Source: Caecitellus pseudoparvulus
Lineage: Eukaryota; Protista; Bigyra: Bicosoecida
Length of the DNA stretch: 64,000 bases
Assembly: GCA_965644315.1 (NCBI GenBank)
Contig: CBFFRQ010000089.1
Span: 620,001-684,000, forward strand
Direction of reading: 5' to 3'
Below the pieces are notes generated by a model that was not told where the DNA came from, did not search any database, and saw nothing but the letters and a program-made list of their open reading frames with translations. Shown one piece after another: positions 1 to 11,334 of the stretch. The position numbers were made by a program, and so were the translations under genes. Numbering within the stretch: position 1 is the first letter of the stretch; every line of letters starts with the position of its first letter.

Positions 1-165
1 TTCAATTCTTCTCTGACAGCCGCTCCCGCCTCTCATTTCAGTCGTTGCACTCAAGATAGCTTGAGATTGTTTCGATTGGAACGACGCTTGTCCTGCTGCG
101 CAGGGGTACCGTTGCAGTTGCGTTGCCAAGCCTGCGCTGAAACGCACGTGCAGCGAGAGGGCGCC

Positions 166-2374
166 ATGGCCGCTACCGCTCAGGCGCAGCGGAGCACATC
201 TGCTGCGAAATCAAGCACGAAAGTCACGCCAATCACACATGCTGCATCTGTGGCGGTGTGCCGCAACTTGCTCCGCGCCAGTGTCGGGCAGGTGAGCCTC
301 GCCGAGCTGAGCGGCGCACTGCGTTTCTGTAGCCGAGCCGAACGCTGCGCACTGCAGATCTGCTACCAGCGAGGCGTCTTTGATGAGGATGCTTTTGACG
401 TTGTAAAAATGGCCGGAACAACCGTTCGATGTCTTCAGCGAGCTCCGGAAGGGAAAGCAGGTGCCGCACCTGAGCTGGTCCAAGTGCACCAGCTGGCTCG
501 GTGTCTGGAAGAAGGCGTGGCGGAAGCGATGCAACTTGGCTACCTGCGCGCAGTGGTGCTTGCATTCCAAGCAGGACATCCGGCAGAGAGCAAGCCAGGT
601 CACCCAGCGCCTCTCCTGGAAGCGTACACCTTGAAGGTGTCCTACTCCGACTCACACGAAGTCAGCATCGTGCTGCAAGAGCTGGAGGGCCTTCCGCAGC
701 ACGCTGGGCCAGAAGCCATCTTCAACAACAAAGCTGCCAGCGTCTCGTTGGCCGCCGGCATCAAGGCCCAGGCATCCACGATGATGCGCAGCGTCATCAC
801 AATGTGCCACACCTTACGCCCGCTCCCAGATGACACCATTGTAACTTTGAAGCTGTACTACTACGACGAGCGGGTTCCAGATGATTGGCAGCCCCCTCAT
901 TTTCAGGATGTGACTGGGCAGGATGATGTGCTCTTCGAGAGCCAGGCTGGTTTGATCAAGACTCCCATCGGAAAGACCAGCACGTTGCACCACAGGTTGT
1001 CTCTGAAGTCAACCCACCTGCAGAGCATGGAGCTGCCCGGGGAGTCCGAGAATGTGGATGGGGTCATCTGCGACGAGGATGCACTTCCTGTCACGAAGGG
1101 GGGCGGGTTGGCCTCCGAGAAGGCCGCTGCCCTCGCCTCGGCAGATGTGCAAGACCCTGCTCTTCTGGCCAGGCTTCAGAAGGCGATTCTGGCACGTGGC
1201 TCTGTGTCGATAAAGGCGCTAGGAGCCCAGCTTGACATGGCTTCTAGTGCTGTGCAGGCGTGCTTGATTCAACTGGAAGGTATTGGCTTCGTCAAGCGCC
1301 GTGCAGGCTTGGGTGTGCGCTACCAGATTGCAGACGCGGGTGCACTGGTTCGTCCAGCACATCAGCCAGCACAGACGAGCTCAGGCACTGCCAGCCTCGA
1401 CGCCATTCCAGCTGCCCAGCTTGACGCAATGTTGCTGCTGGACAGCCTACACGTTGCCAACACAAACTTCATCACAGCTCGACAGGTTCAGAGTGAACAT
1501 GGGATCTCGGACAAGGCTGTTGCTCAAGCGACCCTTGCGTGGTTGGAGAAGCAGGGCTGCCTGGAGCGCGCCAAACAAGCCAACTTGGGACGGAAGGTGC
1601 TTCGAGACAAGCACGCTCTCAGTTTGCTGTGCAACTTTCGCTCTGCGCTGGTGTCGTCTGGTCGCCGCCTAGCGAGCACGCGGGACACGTCCGCTTACAC
1701 GTCGGAAGAACGGACGCAGCACCTCTTGGCCCAAGCTCAAGCGCGTCATAAAGCACACGTGGCAGCCATGTACGAGTCCGCTGCTGCGGCACGGGTGAGT
1801 CTCCCGCTCGTAGTGTACCCTTGCCCCATACTGAAGCGTCCACACTGCCCGCTCTCCCCCCCTGGCGCAGCAAATGCCCGATGAGACGCCCCACACAGGC
1901 GCAAGCGTGTACCCTAGCTCGCAGTCAGCGAACCGCAAGCGTAGCTATGCGTCGACGCAGCAGGCCACACAACGCACTACGGACTCTGCAGCTCCAGCAG
2001 GGTATGCTGCACCCAAGCTCAAAGCCACTGGAGGCCTACCTCCCGCTGTGGAAGAAGGGAGCCAAGCTGTAGAGAATGTTGATTTCCACGTAAACCATGA
2101 ACGTGAAAAGGTGTCTGCCCCTCTACAGATCGGTGGCCCCCCTGAGCAGCCGTCCTTGCCTGCCCCGAAGCGAGCCCGGCGAGATGGTGCTCACTGGCCG
2201 AACTCAAGCCTTGGGGACGCACCACGCGCAAGCATGGTTTCCCTTGCGGTGTCAAACTTCCACAGCAGGCACTGTGCGAGTCAGCGCCGGGGCAGTGCGC
2301 AGGTTCAACGGCGATCCACGACGGCAAGGTCAGGGCTGCTGCGCCGGGGAGACGACTTTGACTTCACCGGGTAA
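166..2374 (+). CDS. HOP1: Meiotic HORMA-domain axis protein (Hop1/ASY1/HORMAD) with two downstream winged-helix-like segments
   Basis: HORMA motifs: RNLLRASVGQ|ICYQRGVFDEDAF, LEEGVAEAMQLGYLR, LLEAYTLKVSY, LRPLPDDTIVTLKLYYYDERVPDDWQPPHF. GT-AG introns at 292-357 and 1795-1870 join ORFs 61..1884 and 1874..2374. The 3' end is less certain. Confidence 0.85.
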
Positions 2375-5071
2375 GCTTACTGCGAGCGGCCGGAGTGCTC
2401 CTGACACGAGGAGACAGTAAGACAGAGCTGCTTGGGGATGTTGTTCGAGGGGAAAGCGCACCTGCCGAAGTAGCTGCGATGCCTGTTGCAGCAACGACCA
2501 CACCACAATCCACAGCACCTGCCCCAGTCACGATACTTGCACTGGCTGACTCGAACACATGCGTGGGGGCGCGTGGGGAGTGCATGTGGCATGCAAACGG
2601 GGAAAATCCAGCTGGAACACCTTTGGCTGACGAGGCAGCCTGCTTTGGCGTGCACCTGCTCTGCTGCGGTGAAAGGGGTGCTAGGGGAGTACGTGGCAAT
2701 GGCGACAGCACGCTTCCCTTGCTGGCCTGGCCCACGAGGGCCATTATACTCTGACAGTCGCTCTTGTACACGTCTCGTTGGGTCCGAAGCCGGAGCACTT
2801 CAGCCTTCAGCTCCAGCACGGCCGCTGCTGACTTGGACGCGGCTGCACGTGCCTGAGAGGCAGATGCTTCAGCGACTGCTTTCTGCTCACTTGCACTGCG
2901 GGCTTCTCCTGCAACACGTCGGCACTCTGCCGTCGACATGGAGATGATTTTCTCAAGCTGGGCGACTTTGGCGCGGAGTGCACGGATCTCCCGGCGATGG
3001 GCTGCTTTCGGCTCCGCCAGCAGCGCTTGCAACTCTGCTAGCCTCGCCTGCAACTCCCCCTCGTTCTGGGACGAAAAGGCCGCTGCCTCGTGTGCCGAGT
3101 CCGTCATGTGCAGCAGCTCCTGCTCCTTTTTCGCCAGTGCCTCTTTCAGCGCATGGGCTGTTGCCTGGTGGTCGTCTCGCTCAACCAGCAGTTGCTGTGC
3201 CTCTGCCTGCACGGCAGCCAGCTGCACCTGAACCTCACGCGCTGATTCTAGTGCTGCTTCTCGTTCGGCTTCCGCTGTGAGCGCTCTTGCGGACGCATCC
3301 TTCAGGTCCTCTTCTGTGCCCTGCAGGCAGCTGCGCAGCTCCTCCACCTCGCTCTTCGCTTCAGCAAGGGCCGCAGCCACTCGGGAAGTCCCATGCAGCT
3401 GCTCTTGAGCTGCTTCCCAAAGCGTGCGCATGTCATGCAGCTGGGCCTCAGCCTCGGCCGCTGCGCTGTCCTTGGCGGCCTGCACCATGGCCTGGGCTGA
3501 CTCAGTGGAGACCCCTGCCTCCAGCGCGGCCACTGCGCTGTCCCGCTGCTGTTCTGCCTCTTCCAACCGTGCAGTGAGATGCTGCACTTGCGCTCGAAGC
3601 TCGCTTGCCTCGGCAGTGGCCTGGGCAGGTGCAGGGGCAGGTGGTGGAGCTCCCAATTGTTTCAGCTTGTCGTTTTCAGCTTGCAGAGTCTCCAAGGAAA
3701 GAGTCAATCGCTGCACGAGTGCCTTGTAGTCCGCAAGACTCCTCGTGATACATGCCACAGGCCGGTTCTTGACGTGGGCTGCGCGTTCCCCGAAGCGAAG
3801 TGTAGACAGGCTCTCTGGGGCATGGGCAGGGTCAGCTGAAAGCGTCACGAGCAACGTGGTGCGGGCATTGCCGCCAAGACTGTCTTGCAGCAGGCGGGTG
3901 AGCTTGGAGTCGCGGTAAGGCACGTGCGATGAGCTTGAAGTCAGCGCTTGGATGACGTTGCCCAGTGCCGAGAGAGACTTGTTGATGTTCTTGGCCTCAG
4001 CGAGCGTGACGCCCTGGGCGCCGGTCTTGGACACCATCTCAGACCCTGCCAAGTCCACAAGGGTAATACGTGAGGACCGCTTAGTCCCTGTGGACCCATC
4101 AGTGACGTCTATGTCCACCATCAGCACGCAGTGGCTTCGAGATGAGTCCTGATTCATCAGCGTGCTGCCCACTGCGCGGGCAGCCATGCCCTGCGCTACA
4201 ACGGTCATCGCACCAGAGGCAGACGGCACAGCGACCCTTGCAGCACCTTCCACATACATGGTTCCTGAGTCGCCGTCCACCCGCAGGCGCAGGGACCCCC
4301 CTGCACTTGCTGCTGCTGGGGTGTGGGGAGAAGGTGCACCCGCCGACGATCGCCGACGCCGCCGAGGTGTGCGTGCAGGCGTCCCACGGGTTGCCTTGGA
4401 GGGCGTCTTGGCCACGACAGGGGCTAGAAGATCTCGAACCTGCTCCATGTAGATTTCCACGAGTGACAGCGTCACCATTGCCTCGCACCCTGCATCAAGC
4501 TGCTCCAGGCGCTGGAACAGGTCCTGCAAGAGCCGGGGGATGACTCCATGCTCCCCGCTGCCGTCGTCGGAATCCGAGCAGGCACCGCTTTCGGAAGGTG
4601 TCCCAAACATGGTGTGTGTCTTCCCGCTGCCTGTCTGGCCGTAAGCGAGAATGGACCTGGGAGGCACGAGTGTCAGGGTGTGGACAGCGGCCGTTACCAT
4701 TCCAACTGGCGCCGCCGCACACGCACGAGTTGATGCCGGCGAGGGCGTCCTCTACAAACTCTCCTGCACATGCAGTGTAGATTTCCACTTGCTTTGAAGC
4801 TGGTCCAAATGCGTGATCCATGCAGAATGCATGCCTGTGCCGTCCCGGGGGAATTTAGTGTCAGCGTGTCGCGTGCGGAAAAAGGCGCGGGCACAGCTCA
4901 CGCTGTTCCCTTGACAGCCACGGCCACAGATTCTCCATCAGTGGTGACACTTGGATCTTTAGTGTGTTCTCCACTCAGAGGGCGCACTCGGCAAGCAACG
5001 CGAATGTTTGAGGGGACGGTGCTGGCGTCTGAGGCCCGCCTCCTGCCCAAACTCCTGCGGGACGTCGCCAT
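2364..5071 (-). CDS. Kinesin with N-terminal motor (kinesin-1-like) and coiled-coil stalk
   Basis: NIRVACRVRPL, AYGQTGSGKTHTM P-loop, NQDSSRSH, LVDLAGSE, HVPYRDSKLTRLLQDSLGGN. Spliced 5' exons; ATG at 5071. Confidence 0.93.
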
Positions 5072-5243
5072 GTCCAAGCGCAGGCCAGGAGCACCAGGAA
5101 AGAATTCAGTAGCAGACACTTTCCGCACAGACTTGTGAAATAGGGTGCGCGATGTGCGACAGTTTTTTCGATGTGGGCATGGCTGGCGGTTGCACGCGGG
5201 TGGGCGCTGAGCTTGGGCTGGGAGAGCAGTGCCCGCACATAGC

Positions 5244-6959
5244 ATGGCTGCAGCCGAGAGGACTTGCAGCGATGCAGCACCTGTGACAGTGATTGGAACG
5301 CATAGTGATGAGGTTACGCTTGTCGTTGCTGGGAGTGTGGGTTCTCACGTGGCCTCCAGCATGCTCATTGCTCCGGCACTTGCAGCGGTGAAACGCTGCG
5401 AAAACTCCACGTCCTGCGCAAGGTGCTGGGGAACGGTAGATCAGAACGGGGTAGCTTGCAGTCGCTGTGCCGCTGCATATTGCTCTGCGACGTGCCAGGC
5501 ACAGCACTGGGCGCTGCACAGCGCAGAGTGCAGGGGTCTGGCGCGTCTCCCGTCTGGATCGCAGGCGCCGGCAACGTCGAGGCTGGTTGCTCAACTTGTG
5601 CACGCTGCACAAGGAGAGGGGTACTGGAAAGGACATGAACTCAGGGCGGGAGATCGTCTCGCTCTCTGGTCCGGAGCACTGCTCCAACCTTGGACCGAGC
5701 ATGAGCAAGGCGCTCAGCTGCACAGCCTCCTCGCAGCGCCAGTCTCCACACATCGAGACATGTTGCTGGCTAGCGCGGCCTTCAAGCTCCTTGCAGCACG
5801 AAAGAGCAAGTCATTGTCCAGCATTCCGGTGAAAGCGGTTGCTGATGCCTGCTCTGGCGTGCAAGGCCGGGTGTGCCGCAACGGACACTCGATTGTGGAT
5901 GAGGAGCTGCGAGAGCTGGGGATCGGGTTGTTCCCTCTAGGCTCGTTGCTGGACCACTCGTGTGACCCCAACACCTTTGTTGTGTACACAATTGACAAGT
6001 CGCTGCCCCTTCCTTGTCCAGTGCTGCAGCGGGTAGTGGCAGGGCGCACTCTCAGCCACAGGGAGCCACTCACTATCTCATACGTCAGCGCTTCTGCTGG
6101 CGTGCTCGCGGCTCGAAAATCCCTCAAGGATGAGTATTCTTTCGTTTGCAGCTGCACTCGTTGCATGGTGGATGTCGCAGCCCTGGTGGAGGGGAGCGTG
6201 GGCCCGCAGGACTGGCCTCGGGTGTGGCTGGAGTACTGCGCCCCGTGCTGCGCTTGGGGCGCAGACTGCCCAGGCCTCCGTGTGCCCACCATGACATCCG
6301 CGGCTGGACAATGTGACCCTTGGCAGGCTCTGGCCCAAGCCAGCACCGGCAAGGCCGCTGACATGGCGCAGTGGGTGTGCCGTTCATGTGGTGCTGCTGG
6401 AAGTCCCCCAAGCGGGCTGGTGGCTGCCTGGCGAGAGGATCAAGTACAGACCCTCCCACAGGCTCAGGACATGTTCGTGCGGTCCACCCCATATGCTCCA
6501 ACCCCTGCAACTCGTGCTCTGGTGCCTCCTCAGCCTGCTCCACGTTGGGACTGGGTGTCTCCCTGCCACCCCGCCATGCTCCAGCGTTCGGAGCGGATGG
6601 CATCTGCGCTGCTTGCCGAAGAAAAGCTGGAAGAAGCGTGTCAGTGGGCTGCTTTGCATTGTTTGGGCACATTAGGCACTGGCCCACTTTCAACGCCCTT
6701 GCCTGCAGTGACCCTCTTGACCACGTCGAAGCTCCTGGCTGCGGGAGGCGCTCAGGGCGCTGCCAAATGCGCAGCAGAGGCAGCGTTGAAGGGGAGTGGA
6801 GGGGGCCTTCTGGACCATCTTGGTCCTCTCTTGAAGTGTGGCTCCTTTGCTTTGCAGGGCCTGCAGTTCCTGGAAGAGGCGCAGTGGCCTCGCCTTGGGG
6901 CTTGCGGCACGCCTGGGGGGCTGCGGCTGCTGAAAGCTGCGAAAGACCTGGCACAATAA
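5244..6959 (+). CDS. SET and MYND domain (SMYD-family) lysine methyltransferase
   Basis: MYND finger CARC...CSRC...YCSATCQAQHWALHSAEC; SET motifs GLFPLGSLLDHSCDPN and LTISY; post-SET YSFVCSCTRC. Confidence 0.88.
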   Translation: MAAAERTCSDAAPVTVIGTHSDEVTLVVAGSVGSHVASSMLIAPALAAVKRCENSTSCARCWGTVDQNGVACSRCAAAYCSATCQAQHWALHSAECRGLARLPSGSQAPATSRLVAQLVHAAQGEGYWKGHELRAGDRLALWSGALLQPWTEHEQGAQLHSLLAAPVSTHRDMLLASAAFKLLAARKSKSLSSIPVKAVADACSGVQGRVCRNGHSIVDEELRELGIGLFPLGSLLDHSCDPNTFVVYTIDKSLPLPCPVLQRVVAGRTLSHREPLTISYVSASAGVLAARKSLKDEYSFVCSCTRCMVDVAALVEGSVGPQDWPRVWLEYCAPCCAWGADCPGLRVPTMTSAAGQCDPWQALAQASTGKAADMAQWVCRSCGAAGSPPSGLVAAWREDQVQTLPQAQDMFVRSTPYAPTPATRALVPPQPAPRWDWVSPCHPAMLQRSERMASALLAEEKLEEACQWAALHCLGTLGTGPLSTPLPAVTLLTTSKLLAAGGAQGAAKCAAEAALKGSGGGLLDHLGPLLKCGSFALQGLQFLEEAQWPRLGACGTPGGLRLLKAAKDLAQ

Positions 6960-7079
6960 ATCAAACCTACATCTCCACGATCCGCATACGTTCCGGCTCC
7001 CCACTCTCCTCGTGTGTCCAGGTTGAAGCAGGCAGCGCCTCTTGGGAGAGTGGGCTGGCTCGATTTCCGCAGGTGCAGC

Positions 7080-8132
7080 ATGCAGGTTGCACAGGCTGTC
7101 AAGGCGAGCCAATCGCTCGCATCCCGCATGCAGTCACCTCTCTCCAAACTTTGCCTGGAGCAGCTTGCCGAAATGGCCTGCGAGGCCACTGCCGTCAAGC
7201 AGGAGGCATACCTGAAGGGTCGCGTACGAAGCATTGGCGTAACAAATGCCGCCAGCACCCAAGCGTGGCGTGTGGCCCGCAAGGACCTGAGCAAGGGAGA
7301 TGCTGTCCCTGACGCCCTCGTGCATGATAGCTTAGCGTGTCTCGCCTCCCCTGTGTATCAGTTCAAGTGGCTGGGCATTCAGCTTCTGCGGGAAGCACTG
7401 CCAGCTGTGCTGAAAGGGCAGGTTGTGCTGCCAGGCTCTCCCTCGGGCAGTCGTGCCACGCCCGTGTCCTTGGTCGAAACAGCCGTGTGCAGCGGGTATG
7501 TCAATGAATGGGCGACGGCGGATGTGCTGTGCAGTCGTGTGCTGGGCGAGGCAGTGCTGTGCAGCTCAGCCGGGCAACACGACGCGTACCTGGACCAGCT
7601 GAAACGGTGGAGCGCTGGCGTCGCGCCAAGCCATGACGCTCCACGCCGAGAGGCTCTCCTCGCAGAGCAGCCAGGTGACCCCTTCCAGCTGACCGGGGCT
7701 GATGTGTCCATGTGGCTGCAGCGCATGGCCTGCGTTGCATTGGTGCGGCCAGCGTGGCGCGGCGGCATCTTGCCAGCCGTGCTGGAGGTCAGCTTCAATG
7801 CCGCCAACAATGGCTCACGCTGGACCAACCTTGGTATTGGCTGGCTCTTGCGCTCTGCTGCGAAACACCCAGAACAAAGCGATGCTGTGCTGGCTCACGT
7901 GGCCAGCCTCTTGCGCAGCGGCAGGCTGTCCTCCGAGGGGCTGTCTTACGCGGTTCGGCTGCAGCCCACCCACGTGAAGCAAGAGATGCGGGAGATCCTG
8001 CGTAACGTTCAACGCACAGGCCCAGACGGCACGCCTGCTGCTTCCAGGCGCTCCTCCAAGGTGGGAGGGGGCGGCGGCGCACCCTCAGCCGCGCCCTCCA
8101 CCGCCTCGATGGCCTGCACTTCAGGCACGTAG
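7080..8132 (+). CDS. AlkD-like HEAT-repeat DNA alkylation repair glycosylase
   Basis: AYLKG...SIGV, NEWATADVLCSRVLG, WLQRMACVAL and GIGWLLR motifs typical of the AlkD/DNA_alkylation family. Apparently intronless; start and stop uncertain. Confidence 0.72.
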   Translation: MQVAQAVKASQSLASRMQSPLSKLCLEQLAEMACEATAVKQEAYLKGRVRSIGVTNAASTQAWRVARKDLSKGDAVPDALVHDSLACLASPVYQFKWLGIQLLREALPAVLKGQVVLPGSPSGSRATPVSLVETAVCSGYVNEWATADVLCSRVLGEAVLCSSAGQHDAYLDQLKRWSAGVAPSHDAPRREALLAEQPGDPFQLTGADVSMWLQRMACVALVRPAWRGGILPAVLEVSFNAANNGSRWTNLGIGWLLRSAAKHPEQSDAVLAHVASLLRSGRLSSEGLSYAVRLQPTHVKQEMREILRNVQRTGPDGTPAASRRSSKVGGGGGAPSAAPSTASMACTSGT

Positions 8133-8964
8133 TGCTTCAGCATCGTCTCCACACCATTGCGCAGCGTAACTGTGGAGCTGGGGCAGCCCACACAGGACCC
8201 TGCCATGCGCACTGTGACCGTGCCCGTCACCGCATCCCAGCTGTGCAGGAAGATGTCGCCTCCGTCCTCCTGCACTGCTGGGCGCAGGCGTGTCTCCATC
8301 AGCTCCTTGATGGCCGCCACCACCTCGTCATCCTCCTCGTTCGCCATGTGTGCTGCATCTGGCGCAGGCAGCTCGGTCAGCAGCGGCTCCCCGCTTTCGA
8401 AGTGCTCCAGCATGTGGTGCAGCACAAGCGCTCGCACCGCGTCCCATGGCACAGCCTCGGACTTGTTCACGGACAGGAACGTGGGGCTCACGAATACAGA
8501 TGACACGTGCGGGATGCGGAGCAGCTCCCGCACGAGCTTGCTGCTGCGCGCCTCCTCCACAGAGCCAAAGTGCTGCGTGCGGGTGCAAACGGATGTTGGT
8601 GTCCAGCGGTGGGGGCGTGCAGCAGCGTCGCGGACTAACGATGCTGGGCGCGCTGTCCTCCATGAGTGGCTCGTTGGGCACGAACTTCAGGGAATCAGGG
8701 TTGGGAGTTGCCTCAACCTCCACGAAGATCCCCCTGCTGGGGACAGTCCCTGCAGGCGGGGGGGGGGGGGCACACTGAATTCACCTTTTGCACCAGCGCT
8801 GAGAGCAGGAAGAAACCCTCACCTGGAGCAGCGACGCCTGGCAGCAAGAGGCCGCGGCCCCCGATGCGAGAAGCACAGGCAGTCATATACGTGGCTTTGC
8901 TGAGCGGCAAGCTGCGGTCGCCCTTGAGCAGGAAGACTGCTCTTGAGAGAGCTCGGGCTGCCAT
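8009..8964 (-). CDS. NFU1: NFU1 iron-sulfur cluster carrier, mitochondrial (copy A)
   Basis: Arg-rich presequence MAARALSRAVFLL; EATPNPDSLKF; RLRPAVQEDGGDI...GSCVGCPSSTVTLRNGVETMLKHYVPEV; spliced. Confidence 0.93.
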
Positions 8965-9182
8965 GCCTGCTCCTCGCCTGGCGCTGCTGGGGGGCACACG
9001 CAGCGCGTTGCTGGCGGGGTGGGAGGACTGAGTGCCGGAGGATAGTAAATGACAAATTTGAAACCCCGAATCTATGTGTTGCTCCCCGCACTGCACACCT
9101 GTGGCGCCTGGTATTGTCTGTGCTGTGCTGATCAAGTGACGTGTGTGTGGGTGTCAAATTCCGCACTTGCTCGAGCAGCAGC

Positions 9183-10051
9183 ATGCTGAGCCGTGTCGCA
9201 GCCAAGGCGGCGTGGCGGTCCGCAGCAGCAATCCCTACACGCGCTTTGCATAGCTTCGCCGTAGAGTCCACGCCCAACGAGAACAGCCGCAAGTTTGTGC
9301 TGAAGGATGGGGCGATCCTGGATTCGCAGTACGGCACTGGCATTGTACGGAGCGATACCGCACGCGTGCTTCTAGCGCAGCACGCGCTCACGAGGTGTCG
9401 ATTTCACCCCCCCTGGCGCAGCACTATTCGGATGCGTCGGGTGCCATCGGCTCGCCCCTGGCTGCCCGGCTGTTTAAGGTCCCCAACGTGACCAGCGTCT
9501 TCCTCGGCCCAGACTTCGTCTCCATCAACAAGGACGAAAGCACAGGGTGGCTGGTGTGTGCACCTGCAACGCGCAGTGGAGGAAGGAGTGGCATGTAGCA
9601 GCACCCTGTGCCCCTCTCGCGTGTACAGGAACTGGAGCAAACCCTGGGCTGTGTCCTGGAGGACTTTGTGGCCAGCGGCGAGGCAGTCGTGGAGGTGCCG
9701 CCAGACGTGCACGACGCCGTGCGCTACGCCCCTGAGGATGAAGAAATCGTGGAACTCATCCGGGAGATCATGGACAACCGCATTCGCCCTTCAGTGCAGG
9801 AGGACGGTGGTGACGTTGTCTTTGTTGCATTCGAAGAGGGCGTGGTGCACCTCCAGCTGGCTGGCTCCTGCGTTGGCTGTGCCTCCTCGTCAGAGACGCT
9901 GTACAATGGCATCCAAAGCATGCTCAAGTACTACGTCCCTGAAGTGACAGCCATCAAGCAAGTGGAGAGCGCTGTCACGCAGGCTGGCGCCGCTGAGTTC
10001 CAGGAGCTGGAAGAGCGGCTGAAGGCGCGAGATGCACACACTGACAGGTGA
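9183..10051 (+). CDS. NFU1: NFU1 iron-sulfur cluster carrier, mitochondrial (copy B)
   Basis: Presequence MLSRVAAKAAWRS; ESTPNENSRKF; SPLAARLFKVPNVTSVFLGPDFVSINK; RIRPSVQEDGGDV...GSCVGCASSSETLYNGIQSMLKYYVPEV; two introns. Confidence 0.92.
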
Positions 10052-10082
10052 AGCACGTCCGAAGCGCATCACCTTCGGATGG

Positions 10083-10981
10083 CTACTTCTTGTGGGTCAG
10101 CACCACGGCAGCTGTGACCCCGCCTGCAAGCAGCAGCAGGATGAGGATGAACCACATGAGCTTGCTGGTGAAGCCTTTTTGGTAGCTTGCAGCCTTGTTC
10201 AGGTGCTCCACACCCTTGCCAGTGCGCTCCAATGCAGTGTCAGTGTGTGACTCTGCCTCATCCACCATGTCGCCTTGCTCAGCCACCATCTCGCTCAGGT
10301 CCCGCATGACTTCTTGCAGCCCCACCATGTCGGAGGCCAGCTGCTTTGCCTCCTCCTCCCGCTCGCGCATCATGGCAGCTGTGAAATCTACCTCTCGTCC
10401 TGACAGCAGCTCTTGAGTCTGCCCAGCTGGGGCCCGTGGGGCAGTGGCGCCGCCGCCCAACTGCTGGGAGGTGTCCTTGGACTGCCCCGCTGCCGAAGCA
10501 GACTTCAGACAACGCTTGAACCTTTGCAGTTTGTCTCGCAGCTGGTGCTGCAACTCTTGGCGTGTGCTGGCTCGTTTGGACTGCGCAGGTGGCAAAAGCG
10601 GCCGTGGTTTCAAGACCCTAGAGTTTGTGTGTCGACCGAGCGCAGGAGAGGCCAGTTCCACGCACACGCTCCGAACCGCGCGCCTCGTTGATGGCTGCCT
10701 TGAACTGAGACGTCAGCAGCTTTCGTGCCTTTGTTGCAGCTTCTGATCCCTCCCTCGAAGCCTCGCTCCTGAGACCAGGGCAGTGCAAGGTGCGGTCGCG
10801 GAATTTGACTCCAAGGCAGCAGCAGGACGCACGCTGCGTGGCCGCCGCCACCGGGCACAGAATGCTCCAACGTGGACGCAGCTCGATCTACGATGGCCAG
10901 CTGAGACTTGATGTCTGAGACGAGCCGACCGTAGGTCCCATCGCTTCCGCTCGGCAGAGCCTGGTACCCTGCAGTTGCCAT
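10083..10981 (-). CDS. Syntaxin (Qa-SNARE, STX7/STX12/PEP12-like)
   Basis: SNARE motif EREEEAKQLASDMVGLQEVMRDLSEMVAEQGDMVDEAE, followed by a C-terminal TM helix (LMWFILILLLLAGGV). Spliced N-terminal region. Confidence 0.85.
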
Positions 10982-11334
10982 GCTGGCCCTGCCTGATGTG
11001 CGCTGTGGGAGAAGCCAGCAATCAGGCCGTCCACTGCCTTGCGTGAGGAAGTGGCCGATGCACGGGTGCCGTCAGAACCTCTTGCAGCTTTGAAAGTACG
11101 ACCGCTCTACAATTGAGCTGCCTGTCGGTGCCAGCAAGGTGGGCATCGTGGCTGTCCGCCGCGCCACATTCTCAAGCAGAAAATACAACACAAAGAACGC
11201 GTTGGTGTATGGCCCGACTGTGGTGAGAATTTTGCCCCTGGCCGTCTGTGGGCGTCAGCGACTGCGCTTTTGGCTGCAGCGCCAGCCGACAGTGTGTGGC
11301 ACCAATTTCCGCGCCAGGCTTCCCTCGCATTTAC

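Noticed and set aside
8758-8770. Homopolymeric G/C runs (also near 11516, 18612 and 49144) as G-quadruplex or phase-variation tracts
   Set aside because: They lie in introns or spacers and are generally C-rich on the sense strand near 3' splice sites, consistent with pyrimidine tracts.
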